Shown: positions 32,036-42,133 of the stretch, one piece after another
How positions within the stretch are numbered: the stretch's first letter is position 1
How the letters are laid out: every line of letters starts with the position of its first letter
Sequence record: NC_023688.1
Length of the DNA: 64,000 nt
Direction: 5' to 3' (one strand)
The notes under the pieces: generated by a model
What the model was told of the DNA's origin: nothing
What the model saw: the letters and a program-made list of their open reading frames with translations, nothing else
Databases searched by the model: none
Position numbers and translations under genes: made by a program

Positions 32036-32428
32036 TTATTGTCTATCTGTATTTTGCCAGCGATCCGTGACTGGCGCTACCTCACCCGGTCTGCGTTGAT
32101 TTTCTCCAACTCTCCTAGATAGATCATCTATTTTAGCTTGCATCGTCTTGAGTATTTCTTTCTCCTCAGACGATTTCGCGTCAGTTACATCCTTTGCATA
32201 TAGCATGGATTTCAACTGCGCGTTTTCAACGTCGGTGTGTGTTGGTAGCTTTGAAATGTCGTCCTTTAACGTTGACACTGATTGGTCAAAGTGAGCCGTG
32301 ATTTCCTCTTTTAACTTGAAATCACGCTGATCTCCGATAAACGAATTATAAGAGAATACAGCACCCCAAATTGTAACAAACAGAGTCAACGTAGAAACTA
32401 CGTTTTCCTTTATGTTCACTACAAACAC
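32036..32428 (-). CDS. Single-TM coiled-coil protein
   Basis: AAGGAG RBS; ATAAATA upstream on minus strand; ends at bidirectional terminator ~31966-32005. Confidence 0.65.
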   Translation of the reverse strand: MFVVNIKENVVSTLTLFVTIWGAVFSYNSFIGDQRDFKLKEEITAHFDQSVSTLKDDISKLPTHTDVENAQLKSMLYAKDVTDAKSSEEKEILKTMQAKIDDLSRRVGENQRRPGEVAPVTDRWQNTDRQ

Positions 32429-32545
32429 TCCTTACAGCAACTCGTAATTAAGTTACATCTGTATTTATTGTTTATGAAATAAGCGATTTGTGTTAAAATC
32501 ACCTTCTAAACGTCGCTAAATAAAACAAAACTGTTAGGAAACTGT

Positions 32546-34057
32546 ATGCAAGTAAACGTAAAATTCAGAGACTATAGTAACGCATTCATCGACTGTGATA
32601 ACACAATCTTCATGGAACTGCGTGACTATTTCACATTTGACGTTGACGGTGCCAAGTTTAACCCGAAATTCCGTTATGGAACATGGGATGGCAAAATCCG
32701 TTTACTGTCAAATGAAGGACTTCTACCCATTGGTCTGGTAGGCACCCTTGTTCGCTACTGTAAAGAAAACGATTTGGTGTGTAATGTCGATTCGGAATTC
32801 ACCCCACAAACCGAAATGTCTCGCGAAGAATTCGATAAGTGGCTGTCCGATCTCGAAATCTATTCCGGCGAAAACAAGATTAATCCTCACTGGTATCAAG
32901 CTGATACAGTGTTCAACGCAATCAATCAAAACCGTATGATCGGCAACTTGCCAACATCAGCCGGTAAATCACTGATTGCTTGCTTGCTCACATATTGGTA
33001 TCTCGAAAGATACGAAGGTAAGGTTCTTGTTTTGGTACCAACAACTGCACTTGTTGAGCAGATGATTGGAGACTTCGCCGATTACCGTTTGATTCCGCGC
33101 AATGCTTGTCTCGGTGTTATGGCCGGCACAAGAAAGAACGGAAGCGAGCCAATTGTTGTATCTACATGGCAAAGCGCCTGCAAAATGAATTCTGACTGGT
33201 TCAAACAGTTCGGGATGATTATAGTCGATGAATGCCACTTGTCAACAGCAAAAGAGCTTACAACCATTATTAAAGGCATGGATAATTGTCGTTTCAAGAT
33301 CGGTATGTCTGGTTCTTTGCGTGACGGTAAAGCAAACGTTTTGCAATATATCGGTATGTTCGGTGATGTATTCCGACCCGTAACAACCAAGCAACTTATG
33401 GATGATGGACAAGTTACAGACTTGGATATCAATGCTGTGTTCTTGCGATACCCAGATCACGAAACGATTTTACACAAAGGCAAAGCTTATGCTGATGAAA
33501 TCAAAGTGATCAACAATCACACGAAACGAAACGCTTGGATTTGTCGTCTTGCTCTCAAGCTTGCACAATCAAGAAACGAAAACGTTCTGATCATGTTCAA
33601 GCATGTTGCGCACGGCAAATGGCTGTACGAAGCACTGAAGAAAAAGTACGGTGAGAAAGTGCATTTCGTCTCTGGTGAGACAAAAACAGATCAACGAGTC
33701 AAGTTAAAAGGCGATGCCGAAAACGAAGATGGCTTGATCATTGTCGCGTCTCTGGGTGTGTTCTCAACTGGTATCAGCATCAAGAAATTGCATCATGTTA
33801 TCTTCGCCGCGCCCACCAAGTCGAAGGTGCTGGTCTTGCAGGCTTTGGGTAGAGTGTTGAGAAAACATCATTCAAAAGATATCGCAACTCTATGGGACAT
33901 CATCGATGACTTGTGTGTTAAGCCTAAGAGCGCCACAGCCAAGAAAAAGTACGTTCACAAAAACTATGCATATGAGCATGGTTTGGAGCGCATACAGCGA
34001 TACAGTTCTGAAAACTTTAATTACAGAGTCAAAGAGGTGATGATTGAAAACACTTAA
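32546..34057 (+). CDS. uvsW: UvsW SF2 helicase
   Basis: LPTSAGKS Walker A, IVDECH, LQALGRVLR; CTAAATA at 32516-32522. Confidence 0.97.
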   Translation: MQVNVKFRDYSNAFIDCDNTIFMELRDYFTFDVDGAKFNPKFRYGTWDGKIRLLSNEGLLPIGLVGTLVRYCKENDLVCNVDSEFTPQTEMSREEFDKWLSDLEIYSGENKINPHWYQADTVFNAINQNRMIGNLPTSAGKSLIACLLTYWYLERYEGKVLVLVPTTALVEQMIGDFADYRLIPRNACLGVMAGTRKNGSEPIVVSTWQSACKMNSDWFKQFGMIIVDECHLSTAKELTTIIKGMDNCRFKIGMSGSLRDGKANVLQYIGMFGDVFRPVTTKQLMDDGQVTDLDINAVFLRYPDHETILHKGKAYADEIKVINNHTKRNAWICRLALKLAQSRNENVLIMFKHVAHGKWLYEALKKKYGEKVHFVSGETKTDQRVKLKGDAENEDGLIIVASLGVFSTGISIKKLHHVIFAAPTKSKVLVLQALGRVLRKHHSKDIATLWDIIDDLCVKPKSATAKKKYVHKNYAYEHGLERIQRYSSENFNYRVKEVMIENT

Positions 34058-34295
34058 TAGCTTTCTCATGGAAGCAGAGGAGAAAGCCCGTGTAGCAATC
34101 GAGGGCTTTCTCGATAAAATTTACAACTGCAAAACTTGCTCGGGCGTTGACGAACTAGAAAAGTTCTACAGCAAGCGGAAAAAGGAAGTCAATATTAGCG
34201 ATTCAGAAGACATTCAAATTCGCGATGCGTTGAGCGGTCGAAAGAAAGAAATCGAAGCTGCCGACGTTGCGGATGCAGAAGATGTCGATCTATAA
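34044..34295 (+). CDS. uvsW.1: UvsW.1 (start codon uncertain)
   Basis: FLDKIYNCKTCSGVDELEKFY.KRKKE...SEDIQIRDALSGRK. Confidence 0.85.
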   Translation: MKTLNSFLMEAEEKARVAIEGFLDKIYNCKTCSGVDELEKFYSKRKKEVNISDSEDIQIRDALSGRKKEIEAADVADAEDVDL

Positions 34296-34296
34296 T

Positions 34297-34325
34297 AAAA
34301 GGGAGCCATTGGCTCCCTTTTATTT
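34297..34325. terminator. Bidirectional terminator
   Basis: AAAAGGGAGCC-ATT-GGCTCCCTTT. Confidence 0.85.
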
Positions 34326-34735
34326 TATTCACCTGCTTCCAGTTTACGACAATCGATAATAGCTCGCAACGAGAATCCACGTTGTCGAATAGCTTCCATT
34401 GCTTGACGACAGAAGTCGGCTTTGGTCTGACACATTTCAACCGCAGCGTTGATTTTAACCACATCTTCGTCACCGGCAATCACAGTCTTTAGTTCCGTTG
34501 GACTGAATACGTCAAGACAAACATCGTCCTCACTTCGTCCAGTGTAGAACATCAATCGCGCTCGTAACGTCTTTTTGCGTTCTGCATCTTGACGCATAAT
34601 TTCGCGATTGATGTCAGCGAGATACCGGTTCCATTTTCCATACAGAACCGGATTCTCGGCAACCTCAGTCTGAACCGCAGTCAACTTAATCGGGAGATCC
34701 GATGTAAGTTCTTCCTTTAGTTCATCTAGAGTCAC
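34325..34735 (-). CDS. uvsY: Recombination mediator UvsY
   Basis: LDELKEEL..D, NPVLYGKW, YTGR, TELKTVIAGD, RGFSLRAII..RKLEAGE. Confidence 0.95.
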   Translation of the reverse strand: MTLDELKEELTSDLPIKLTAVQTEVAENPVLYGKWNRYLADINREIMRQDAERKKTLRARLMFYTGRSEDDVCLDVFSPTELKTVIAGDEDVVKINAAVEMCQTKADFCRQAMEAIRQRGFSLRAIIDCRKLEAGE

Positions 34736-34902
34736 AGAAGTTCGACCTCATCCAGATCAAAGCTATCGGTACTCTCGGAAACACGGGACTCGGATTCTTG
34801 CAAATAACTAGCGCATTGACCTTGATGTACCAATTTCCCGCCTACTCTAACATATCGATCATTAGGGCCGATCGGCTGTTTACAAACCGCACACTTTTCC
34901 AT
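34732..34902 (-). CDS. uvsY.-2: UvsY.-2-like small protein (56 aa, not in ORF track)
   Basis: MEKCAVCKQPI...VHQGQCASYLQE...ELL resembles T4 uvsY.-2; stop overlaps uvsY start. Confidence 0.8.
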   Translation of the reverse strand: MEKCAVCKQPIGPNDRYVRVGGKLVHQGQCASYLQESESRVSESTDSFDLDEVELL

Positions 34903-35385
34903 TTAAACTCCCATTTCTTTGCGAACAAGAGCGCCATCAAACATCTTGCCTTGTTCTTGAGCAGCTTTCTTACAAGCTCCCATAACTTGACCGATGTTGG
35001 CACCACTCATATTTACAATGATAGCACGAATGTCGGCAGAGTCAAACACTTGCGGCAGATACGCGGTATAAAGCTCACGTTCGATCAACGCATTGGTATA
35101 ACGGATGTCCTGTTTCAGAATATCCATTACTTCCTGATTGGTCAGATCGTTTGAAATTTGCTTGGTGCGCTTATGCAGTTCTGCGATTGCTTCGTCCAAG
35201 TTCTTCACGAACTTACGAATAACAGCTTGTACCTGTTCATCGGTAACAGTTGCATTACCAGCAGGAGACGCTTCACCAATAAGAGTAGTCAGCGCGTTGA
35301 TTTTCAGTTTACCGACTTCGGTACTACGTTCGGTAGATTTCCGCAGTGCGATTTGATCTTGTTTCAGTTGTTCTAGCAGAGACAT
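34903..35385 (-). CDS. GatB/YqeY-like protein
   Basis: LKQDQIALRK...LTTLIGE...QVQAVIRKFVK, YLPQ, NIGQVMGACK. Confidence 0.75.
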   Translation of the reverse strand: MSLLEQLKQDQIALRKSTERSTEVGKLKINALTTLIGEASPAGNATVTDEQVQAVIRKFVKNLDEAIAELHKRTKQISNDLTNQEVMDILKQDIRYTNALIERELYTAYLPQVFDSADIRAIIVNMSGANIGQVMGACKKAAQEQGKMFDGALVRKEMGV

Positions 35386-35414
35386 TTTATTTTCCTTATT
35401 GGGGCCGAAGCCCC

Positions 35415-36776
35415 TTAGCAATACATTACCCATTTCTGAGCGCGTGTGCAACCGACATAGCCTAGTTGCGTTTGAATTTCGAACTGAGCAAAGTTCATAT
35501 CACCGGTATAAACACATACACCGATAACAGTCGTTCCCTGACTCTTATGGAAAGTAGAGGCACCAAGACTCTTGGTATTAGTAAACATCCCCTTTACTTG
35601 CCAGAAACTTTCCCACAAACGCGATGTAGCTTTACCACTTCCCATTTGTTTGTACTGACTAGCAGCATATGACAAAGCTTCATCAAGTTGAACTTGACCA
35701 TCAGCATCCCAAACCACAGACAGCTCGACTTCCAGATCACCGTCAATCTCAGTCAAATCGACCTCGTTGCGGATAACCGTCATTGTTGCTATCTCGATTT
35801 GAATCGGGTCAACATACGGCAGACTGATGTATTTCATCTGACGCTTGATTGAACCTTCTTTGATCTTAACAGTTTCACCGTTGTTTAGCAAGGTTTCGGT
35901 GAAGGTTTCGCCACCAATTTCAGATTCTTTCATAACTGGTTCTTGCATCACCAGATATTCGTTGTCAACGAACGGCTCGGTGGTGTTGTAAACCTGCTTT
36001 CGAATAGCTTTGTTGAAGCGATTCACTACGTCATTAGTATAAGCTAACATACGATAGTTTAGCAAGTCATCCGGCGTTTTTACCTTAGAAAGATAAATCT
36101 TCATAAGATTTGCCACGCTCTTGACATCAAGAACACCGGTACCAGATTCTTTGTCCCAGTTCGTTTCGAACCAACCGCCATTTCGGATTTTGGTAGCAAC
36201 CTGAATGATCGGGTTACCTGCTTGTTGACGAACGATAGTTTTCAACTCAGCAAGACGGAAACGCTTGTCGGTAAAGAACGGGCTAATCTCACCGGGCGCA
36301 TGACGAACCGGTTGAATTTGATGCTTATCACCAATCGCGATGATCTGACAATAAGGATGCACGGATTTTAACAGAATCTCAAAGAGATCGTTATCGACCA
36401 TACTACCTTCGTCAACAAGCAGATAACGAACCTCTTTGAGGTCTTCTTTTGCTTTATCGCTTTTTGATTGCTTGAATTCTCGAACATCTTCATATGTATC
36501 CGGGTGAATTTTCAAGATACTATGAATTGTTGCAGCAGTCATTCCGCTCATTTTACTAAGCACAATCTTTGCTTGGTGTGTTGGCGCACAAGCAACGACA
36601 CTACCGTTATTCAGTTCAAGCAGTTTCTTGATCAAGATCTTTGTCAAGAATGACTTACCGCTACCAGCAGGACCGGAAATGGTGATGTGTGATTTATCAG
36701 ACAACACCATACCAATTGCGTTTTTCTGACAGTCGGTAAGAACGATCTTAGCTAATAGGCTTTCAGCCTCGCTCAT
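35415..36776 (-). CDS. dda: Dda DNA helicase
   Basis: GPAGSGKS, APTHQAK, VDEGSM, GDKHQIQPV, TFHKSQGTT, YVGCTRA. Confidence 0.95.
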   Translation of the reverse strand: MSEAESLLAKIVLTDCQKNAIGMVLSDKSHITISGPAGSGKSFLTKILIKKLLELNNGSVVACAPTHQAKIVLSKMSGMTAATIHSILKIHPDTYEDVREFKQSKSDKAKEDLKEVRYLLVDEGSMVDNDLFEILLKSVHPYCQIIAIGDKHQIQPVRHAPGEISPFFTDKRFRLAELKTIVRQQAGNPIIQVATKIRNGGWFETNWDKESGTGVLDVKSVANLMKIYLSKVKTPDDLLNYRMLAYTNDVVNRFNKAIRKQVYNTTEPFVDNEYLVMQEPVMKESEIGGETFTETLLNNGETVKIKEGSIKRQMKYISLPYVDPIQIEIATMTVIRNEVDLTEIDGDLEVELSVVWDADGQVQLDEALSYAASQYKQMGSGKATSRLWESFWQVKGMFTNTKSLGASTFHKSQGTTVIGVCVYTGDMNFAQFEIQTQLGYVGCTRAQKWVMYC

Positions 36777-36778
36777 GT

Positions 36779-37096
36779 TTACTCCTGTGTGAATTTTTCA
36801 AACGCATCCTCTTTCATGTTTTGAACACAAAAATACGTTTTGCCGTTGATATCAAATGTGTATGGGTTGAAATCGTTCTCGATGTGTGTTACCCACACTT
36901 CATCGATCCCGAGAAGTTTCTTACCATGCACAGCTTCTAAAGCATCTTTCATACCATCGATGATAGTATTCAGTTGCATCATACCATCTTCCGCTTCTTC
37001 TTCGGTCACAGACACGATAATCGGAAAGCTGCCAACATCTTCTACCTTGGTATTTTCGAGTTGACGACGAAGATTGTAGATAAACATCAGTTCCAT
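36779..37096 (-). CDS. Hypothetical protein (105 aa)
   Basis: GAGG RBS before ATG 37096; the ORF-track extension to 37300 overlaps alt antisense. Confidence 0.7.
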   Translation of the reverse strand: MELMFIYNLRRQLENTKVEDVGSFPIIVSVTEEEAEDGMMQLNTIIDGMKDALEAVHGKKLLGIDEVWVTHIENDFNPYTFDINGKTYFCVQNMKEDAFEKFTQE

Positions 37097-37139
37097 GATC
37101 AGTTCCTCTAAATAGTATAAACAATAACGGAGATTTTCA

Positions 37140-39101
37140 ATGAGCATTAAAGATATGCTTCTGAGTGAAGCAACTATACTGGATTTCTTTGGTGTAAAAA
37201 CCACCAAATATTCCAAATCCGACGACGCTTGGTACATCCCAGTTGATGGTCGTACTATCGCAGTTAAAGCGGCGTCACTTCGTGTTACATCAGCTGCCAC
37301 AAGTGTAGCAGCTTATAAGCGTTCAAGTCAACCCTCAATTTTCAATTTAATTGAGATTTTTGACGACGGAAAGGTTTCGAAAGTCATCAAGACTATTCCA
37401 AAGCCACTAAACGTCATCGCGACCGTTGCAGAGATTATATCAAACGAAACCAAGGATAACAAGCTAAATGATGTCGTTATGATTCGTTTGCCTGCTTCTA
37501 TGGGAACACCGACTTCGGTAATCAGTCTGATCGACCGTTTCTTGAAGAAAAACGGGGTTCCATTTGTTCAGTATGGCACAATCAACGTCGGAGATAAAGG
37601 CACCAACTACGTTTTCTTGGCTCGCAAGGGAAAATCTCCAATCGTATCTGATGTTTTTGGCATCAAAGACGAAGACGTTAAGAATCTACATCTAAATGAT
37701 CTGAGCGATAAGCCGGAGGTCATTAAGAAGATTGTAGCCGATATCGAACCAAAAATCAAGAAAGCAATGCCAACTCTGATCAAACTAAACACCGTTGTCG
37801 GCGGAACAGCAACATCTGAGTACGCAAGAGAATTCATCAAGAATAATCCTCCTGTTAGTCGGGATGTTGATCCCGAAACTAGACCAGAGTTTAAGTTTAA
37901 AGACATTTTTCAGTATGGTCAACTAGAAGATGATAGCGTTTATCTAAAAAGTGATAATCCTACAATGGAACACACCGCCAGTAATATTTTGAACTTGTCA
38001 GTTGCTATTCAGCAATTTTCAATCGCAGATGGCGAAGAGTCAAAAGCCATTGCAATTGAGATTCTGAGACTGAAACCAACAATGAAAGATTTTGTTGAGC
38101 AAACCGAGAAGTTTGCACAGGTCAAGGAAATGATCGTTGATGCAACCGGCGATGATCGACAAGCGAGTCGCGTTATGGCATCGTTGTTTGCTAACTGTTT
38201 GATCGAACAAATGGACATACAGATCAGCAACGCATACGAGGACTATCGCCCCGAGATCGATAAGAAAGATGTGGCCGCAATCTCTCGTTATTGTGGTTCT
38301 GGCTATTCTGCTATGAACTTGATGTTGGTTGGAAACAACGACAACCCAGAACAAGAACAACACGTTCTGGCACTGGACGAGGCATTCAAGACGTCTAGCG
38401 TTAGAGTTAGCCCTAATCTGACAGTGTATCGTGGTTCGCGCATGAATGACGTTGATACTTACGGGATTGCGATTAGCAAGCTGTTCCACTTTAGAACTTT
38501 CGTTAGTACCTCGATGAACCCTCGTGTTGGTTTCACATTCGGCGGAAACGAGAAAGACAAGATCGGTTATGTTCTTGCTAAGTCAACCAAGCTTGACAAA
38601 CTGGATGGTTCTTTCCCAGTAGATCCACAAGCTAGTATCGCATTCATGATTAAAGGACTTGACAAAATCCCGGTTATTATCCCAGGAACTTATAGCCCGT
38701 ATCCGAGAGAATGTGAAGTTATTCTGCCTCGTGGCACCACAATTCGCATCGAGAAACTTGCAGCGGGTAACGGCGTCGCGACCCCGACTTTCAACAAAGT
38801 ATCCAATGTTATCATGGATTGTACTATTGTTCCAAATTCGGAGATTTCTGTTAACGAAGTCGTTTATGATGGCGACGAGTTTATGAACACAGGTCGTCTT
38901 GTTGAATTCCGAGATTTCATCGATCAAATCGATGTCATCGAAGAAGCTAAAAAGAAAGCAAAGACTGGCGATAGAAAAATGGACATCGCGGCTAATATGT
39001 TGGTTGGCGTAAATGCTCTAAACTCCAAGAAAAATCTCACCGCAAAGGAGAGAGCGGAGATCGAGCGCATGGCAGCTAAGTTTAGTTCGAATCTGTTTTA
39101 A
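37140..39101 (+). CDS. alt: Alt-like ADP-ribosyltransferase
   Basis: YCGSGYSAMN, VYRG, FVSTS, ECEVILPRG (R-S-E clade); next to gp30; CTAAATA at 37106-37112. Confidence 0.9.
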   Translation: MSIKDMLLSEATILDFFGVKTTKYSKSDDAWYIPVDGRTIAVKAASLRVTSAATSVAAYKRSSQPSIFNLIEIFDDGKVSKVIKTIPKPLNVIATVAEIISNETKDNKLNDVVMIRLPASMGTPTSVISLIDRFLKKNGVPFVQYGTINVGDKGTNYVFLARKGKSPIVSDVFGIKDEDVKNLHLNDLSDKPEVIKKIVADIEPKIKKAMPTLIKLNTVVGGTATSEYAREFIKNNPPVSRDVDPETRPEFKFKDIFQYGQLEDDSVYLKSDNPTMEHTASNILNLSVAIQQFSIADGEESKAIAIEILRLKPTMKDFVEQTEKFAQVKEMIVDATGDDRQASRVMASLFANCLIEQMDIQISNAYEDYRPEIDKKDVAAISRYCGSGYSAMNLMLVGNNDNPEQEQHVLALDEAFKTSSVRVSPNLTVYRGSRMNDVDTYGIAISKLFHFRTFVSTSMNPRVGFTFGGNEKDKIGYVLAKSTKLDKLDGSFPVDPQASIAFMIKGLDKIPVIIPGTYSPYPRECEVILPRGTTIRIEKLAAGNGVATPTFNKVSNVIMDCTIVPNSEISVNEVVYDGDEFMNTGRLVEFRDFIDQIDVIEEAKKKAKTGDRKMDIAANMLVGVNALNSKKNLTAKERAEIERMAAKFSSNLF

Positions 39102-39105
39102 AAAC

Positions 39106-39133
39106 AAAAAGGGAGCTTAGGCTCCCTTTTTTT
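39106..39133. terminator. Bidirectional terminator
   Basis: AAAAAGGGAGC-TTAG-GCTCCCTTTTT. Confidence 0.85.
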
Positions 39134-40620
39134 TATCCGAAAAACTTCTTGATTGTCTTTTCATCGAATGCGTGTTCGACATTATTCGCTTCGTCTTTGT
39201 CGATGCGACGAAGTTTGATGATCGGCAAGAAGAAACAAACCTCTTTGTTCTTTTTCTTTTTGTCTCTGGTCAAACCGTTACACTCGATTTCCCAGATTGT
39301 ACCAATCAACTGATCTTTGATAGACATCAGATATTCACGATCAAGTTCATCGCGTTTGTCAATCGGAATCGGAATCCACAGCTTAGTCTTTTTGTCTTTG
39401 ATCTGAGTTGTATCTGTAAAACCAGAACCGCAGTTACAGCGAACTTTTCCATCAGCGGTTTCAATAGTAAAACCACCAACTTTATTTGGATCTTTTTCGT
39501 GCTCGTATACGGCAACAACGCGAACATCAACCCGAACCTTCTCTTTGAATTTCACCTGATCTTTGCTTCGAGTGTTCTTCCAGAGGTTCAGACCACACTT
39601 CAGAATAATACCTTCGTACCCCATATCGCGATAACGCTGGTAAACCTCTTTAGCCTCTACCAGAGACGTTACCGGGGTCTGTTCGATGATCTCCACTCGG
39701 AAACTATTACAACGCGCCACAAACGTTTCCAGCATCTTACGACGAGCTTCAAAACGGAAGTCATTTGGACAATCACGAAGTCCATAATAAACGTCACGCG
39801 GAATGATGTCCCATACCTGATAGACAACACAATCAGCTTCATCTTCGCTGATAGAGTTTTTCAAGCTCTTGCCAACGATCCCGTTACCTTCTTCGCGATC
39901 CGATACATCTTCTGATTTTTCGAATTCATCATCGTCATCCAGCAGAGCAGACAACCCAGTTGCTTGCTTACGCTTGCGATAAACCAATTCGCCATCGATA
40001 ACCCAGTTTTGCATACCAGATTGACGAATAGCTTCTTTCAGCTTATCCAGACTCATATACTCGTTTCCATTGCGCGAGTTCATGGAAATGGTATCAGTCT
40101 CGGCGTCGATATCAGTAAAGCAACGAGCGCCATCGGCTTTCAGTTCGGCATATGCATGACCACGATTGATAATGGCGTTAGCCAGATCAGCGCACTCTGG
40201 TTGTGCCAGCATTTGCGGCTGTTTTGGACACAGATTGTCCCATACTTTGTTAGCGATTGTCGCACCAATGCCGATCTCCAGATCTCGGAACATCACGCGA
40301 CGAATGACTTCGTAATCGTGAGCCGTACCCATAGACAGTGCTTTAGCCAGTTCTGTGATTGCAGCGGTACCAGTCAGAGCGCGAGTTACCAGATGCGTAT
40401 TCATAAACGCCAAAGACGCACACAAGTCGGTTGCATTTTTGAAATCGACAACTACCGGGAAAGTCTTTTTGTTGATGCCAAAGTTTACTTGCTTGTTGTA
40501 AGCAAAGTAAAAGCATTGTTTCAAACCGGGAACATCTTTGTGAAATTCCACAAGTTCTTGTTTGCGATTGGTCGAATCTTCCGCAGCGATAGCTTTCAGA
40601 ATATCAAATACAGTTAGCAT
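39133..40620 (-). CDS. gp30: ATP-dependent DNA ligase gp30
   Basis: AELKADGARC, VIDGEL, VWDII, EGIILK, VKFKE, EIECNG, FLPI. Confidence 0.97.
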   Translation of the reverse strand: MLTVFDILKAIAAEDSTNRKQELVEFHKDVPGLKQCFYFAYNKQVNFGINKKTFPVVVDFKNATDLCASLAFMNTHLVTRALTGTAAITELAKALSMGTAHDYEVIRRVMFRDLEIGIGATIANKVWDNLCPKQPQMLAQPECADLANAIINRGHAYAELKADGARCFTDIDAETDTISMNSRNGNEYMSLDKLKEAIRQSGMQNWVIDGELVYRKRKQATGLSALLDDDDEFEKSEDVSDREEGNGIVGKSLKNSISEDEADCVVYQVWDIIPRDVYYGLRDCPNDFRFEARRKMLETFVARCNSFRVEIIEQTPVTSLVEAKEVYQRYRDMGYEGIILKCGLNLWKNTRSKDQVKFKEKVRVDVRVVAVYEHEKDPNKVGGFTIETADGKVRCNCGSGFTDTTQIKDKKTKLWIPIPIDKRDELDREYLMSIKDQLIGTIWEIECNGLTRDKKKKNKEVCFFLPIIKLRRIDKDEANNVEHAFDEKTIKKFFG

Positions 40621-40672
40621 TTTATACCTCTATTGAATGAGACACCATAGTATCATAGTGTCTCACTCGTTG

Positions 40673-41041
40673 TCAATGAACAATCAGATCGCCACAAACG
40701 ACATTAGATTTGCCGCTTTTGCCACCGACTCGAACGTCACCACACTCTACAGTGAGACGACCAACATCACCTTTGATAACAACGTCGCCAGCATCAATCT
40801 CGGCATTAACTACGTTACCAGAAATCTCAACATCACCGGCACCAACTTCCAGTTTGTCAACATCACCGACAATCTGAATCACCAGCTTAGAGCTGTTTTC
40901 GACCTCTTGACCATCTACCATAACGCGACCACCAACGATGTCAACGTTTTTTCCGTTCAGAACTTTTCCGTTCACAGTAATATTCACGCTGTTTTTGGCA
41001 AACATTCTCGCTTTGTTGCGAAACACATCCATCAGTCCCAT
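40673..41041 (-). CDS. Beta-solenoid-like (adhesin/DUF4097-type) small protein
   Basis: Repeated GDVxI/V motifs. Confidence 0.55.
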   Translation of the reverse strand: MGLMDVFRNKARMFAKNSVNITVNGKVLNGKNVDIVGGRVMVDGQEVENSSKLVIQIVGDVDKLEVGAGDVEISGNVVNAEIDAGDVVIKGDVGRLTVECGDVRVGGKSGKSNVVCGDLIVH

Positions 41042-41043
41042 TT

Positions 41044-41442
41044 TTAACTCCTAAAACTTCGAGCGGTTGCAATTTTATGACAGATGATTTCCAGATCACC
41101 TTCCGGATAAACAATCTGACCGTTTTTGATTGCGGCTTTGAACTGATCAATCGTCTCTTCCATCTTAGCAGTCGGCACAGTAGCGACAGCGGTCAGAGCG
41201 TGATTCAATCCCGGCTCGCTAAAGCTACGCATACCGTTACCGAACATGCCATACTTGATAACGAGAGATTTTAGATCATCATGATCACCGCCGTCAAGCA
41301 AAACAAGAGTCTCATGATCTCTTGCCCACATAACAACATCAAACTCGGGTTTGATCATCATTCGCGTGATAGCGTGTGCCGCTTGAATACCAGCTTGCTT
41401 ATCGCCTAAGTAGCGATTGATAAAGACATAACACTTTTTCAT
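41044..41442 (-). CDS. Peptidyl-tRNA hydrolase II-like protein
   Basis: QAGIQAAHA...W...TLVLL...FSEPGLNHALTAVA pattern. Confidence 0.55.
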   Translation of the reverse strand: MKKCYVFINRYLGDKQAGIQAAHAITRMMIKPEFDVVMWARDHETLVLLDGGDHDDLKSLVIKYGMFGNGMRSFSEPGLNHALTAVATVPTAKMEETIDQFKAAIKNGQIVYPEGDLEIICHKIATARSFRS

Positions 41443-41834
41443 TGAAAATCTTTTTCCTTATACTGCCAGTTCATCTTGGCATAAAACTTCATGCCGTCTT
41501 GTAGAGTATATTCGACAACAAAGTCCTGATTTGGAAGAGTCTCAACAATACGACGAGTGCAATTCATACACTTGACAACCTTAGAGTCACTCCAAGCCGG
41601 CATTTTCCAGCGAGGTGCTTCTTTCACAAATTGAACTTCATATTCTTTATCGAGTTCGATGTTTGGAATTTCGAACACCCGAACCGATACGTCACACACT
41701 TTAACGACAATACCGAATCCGTTGTCACTATGGACAACCAGATCTCCGGTTTTCATTTCGTTGCCGAAAATATCGGTATGACTCCCGAACGCACAAACAC
41801 GACGACCATTTTCCACTTTCATCACACTAGGCAT
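41439..41834 (-). CDS. Hypothetical protein
   Basis: Coupled ORF with GAGG RBS; shares D.FG(N/S)....G..V start with next ORF. Confidence 0.65.
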   Translation of the reverse strand: MPSVMKVENGRRVCAFGSHTDIFGNEMKTGDLVVHSDNGFGIVVKVCDVSVRVFEIPNIELDKEYEVQFVKEAPRWKMPAWSDSKVVKCMNCTRRIVETLPNQDFVVEYTLQDGMKFYAKMNWQYKEKDFQ

Positions 41835-42130
41835 TTGATGTATTCCTCTTTGATATTAATATTCTTGATTTCTTTCGTCAGCGTATTAACCAAACGACAA
41901 GAGTCGTCATTCGATTTATAAAGAATATAGTTGGTAGTCACAAAAACGTCGTCGCTGCCGTGCTCCATGCCGTTGGACAACATGTCCATAACAACAACGT
42001 GCCCGTGCTCGTTCTTCATGAACGGAACAACGCGACATTTGTCATTAGCAATAGAAACAACCAGACCAATCTTGTTGCCACAAAGAACAACAGACCCGCG
42101 ACCAAATTGACTACCAAACATATCTTTCAT
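41822..42130 (-). CDS. Hypothetical protein
   Basis: Coupled ORF. Confidence 0.65.
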   Translation of the reverse strand: MKDMFGSQFGRGSVVLCGNKIGLVVSIANDKCRVVPFMKNEHGHVVVMDMLSNGMEHGSDDVFVTTNYILYKSNDDSCRLVNTLTKEIKNINIKEEYIKCLV

Positions 42131-42133
42131 GAT

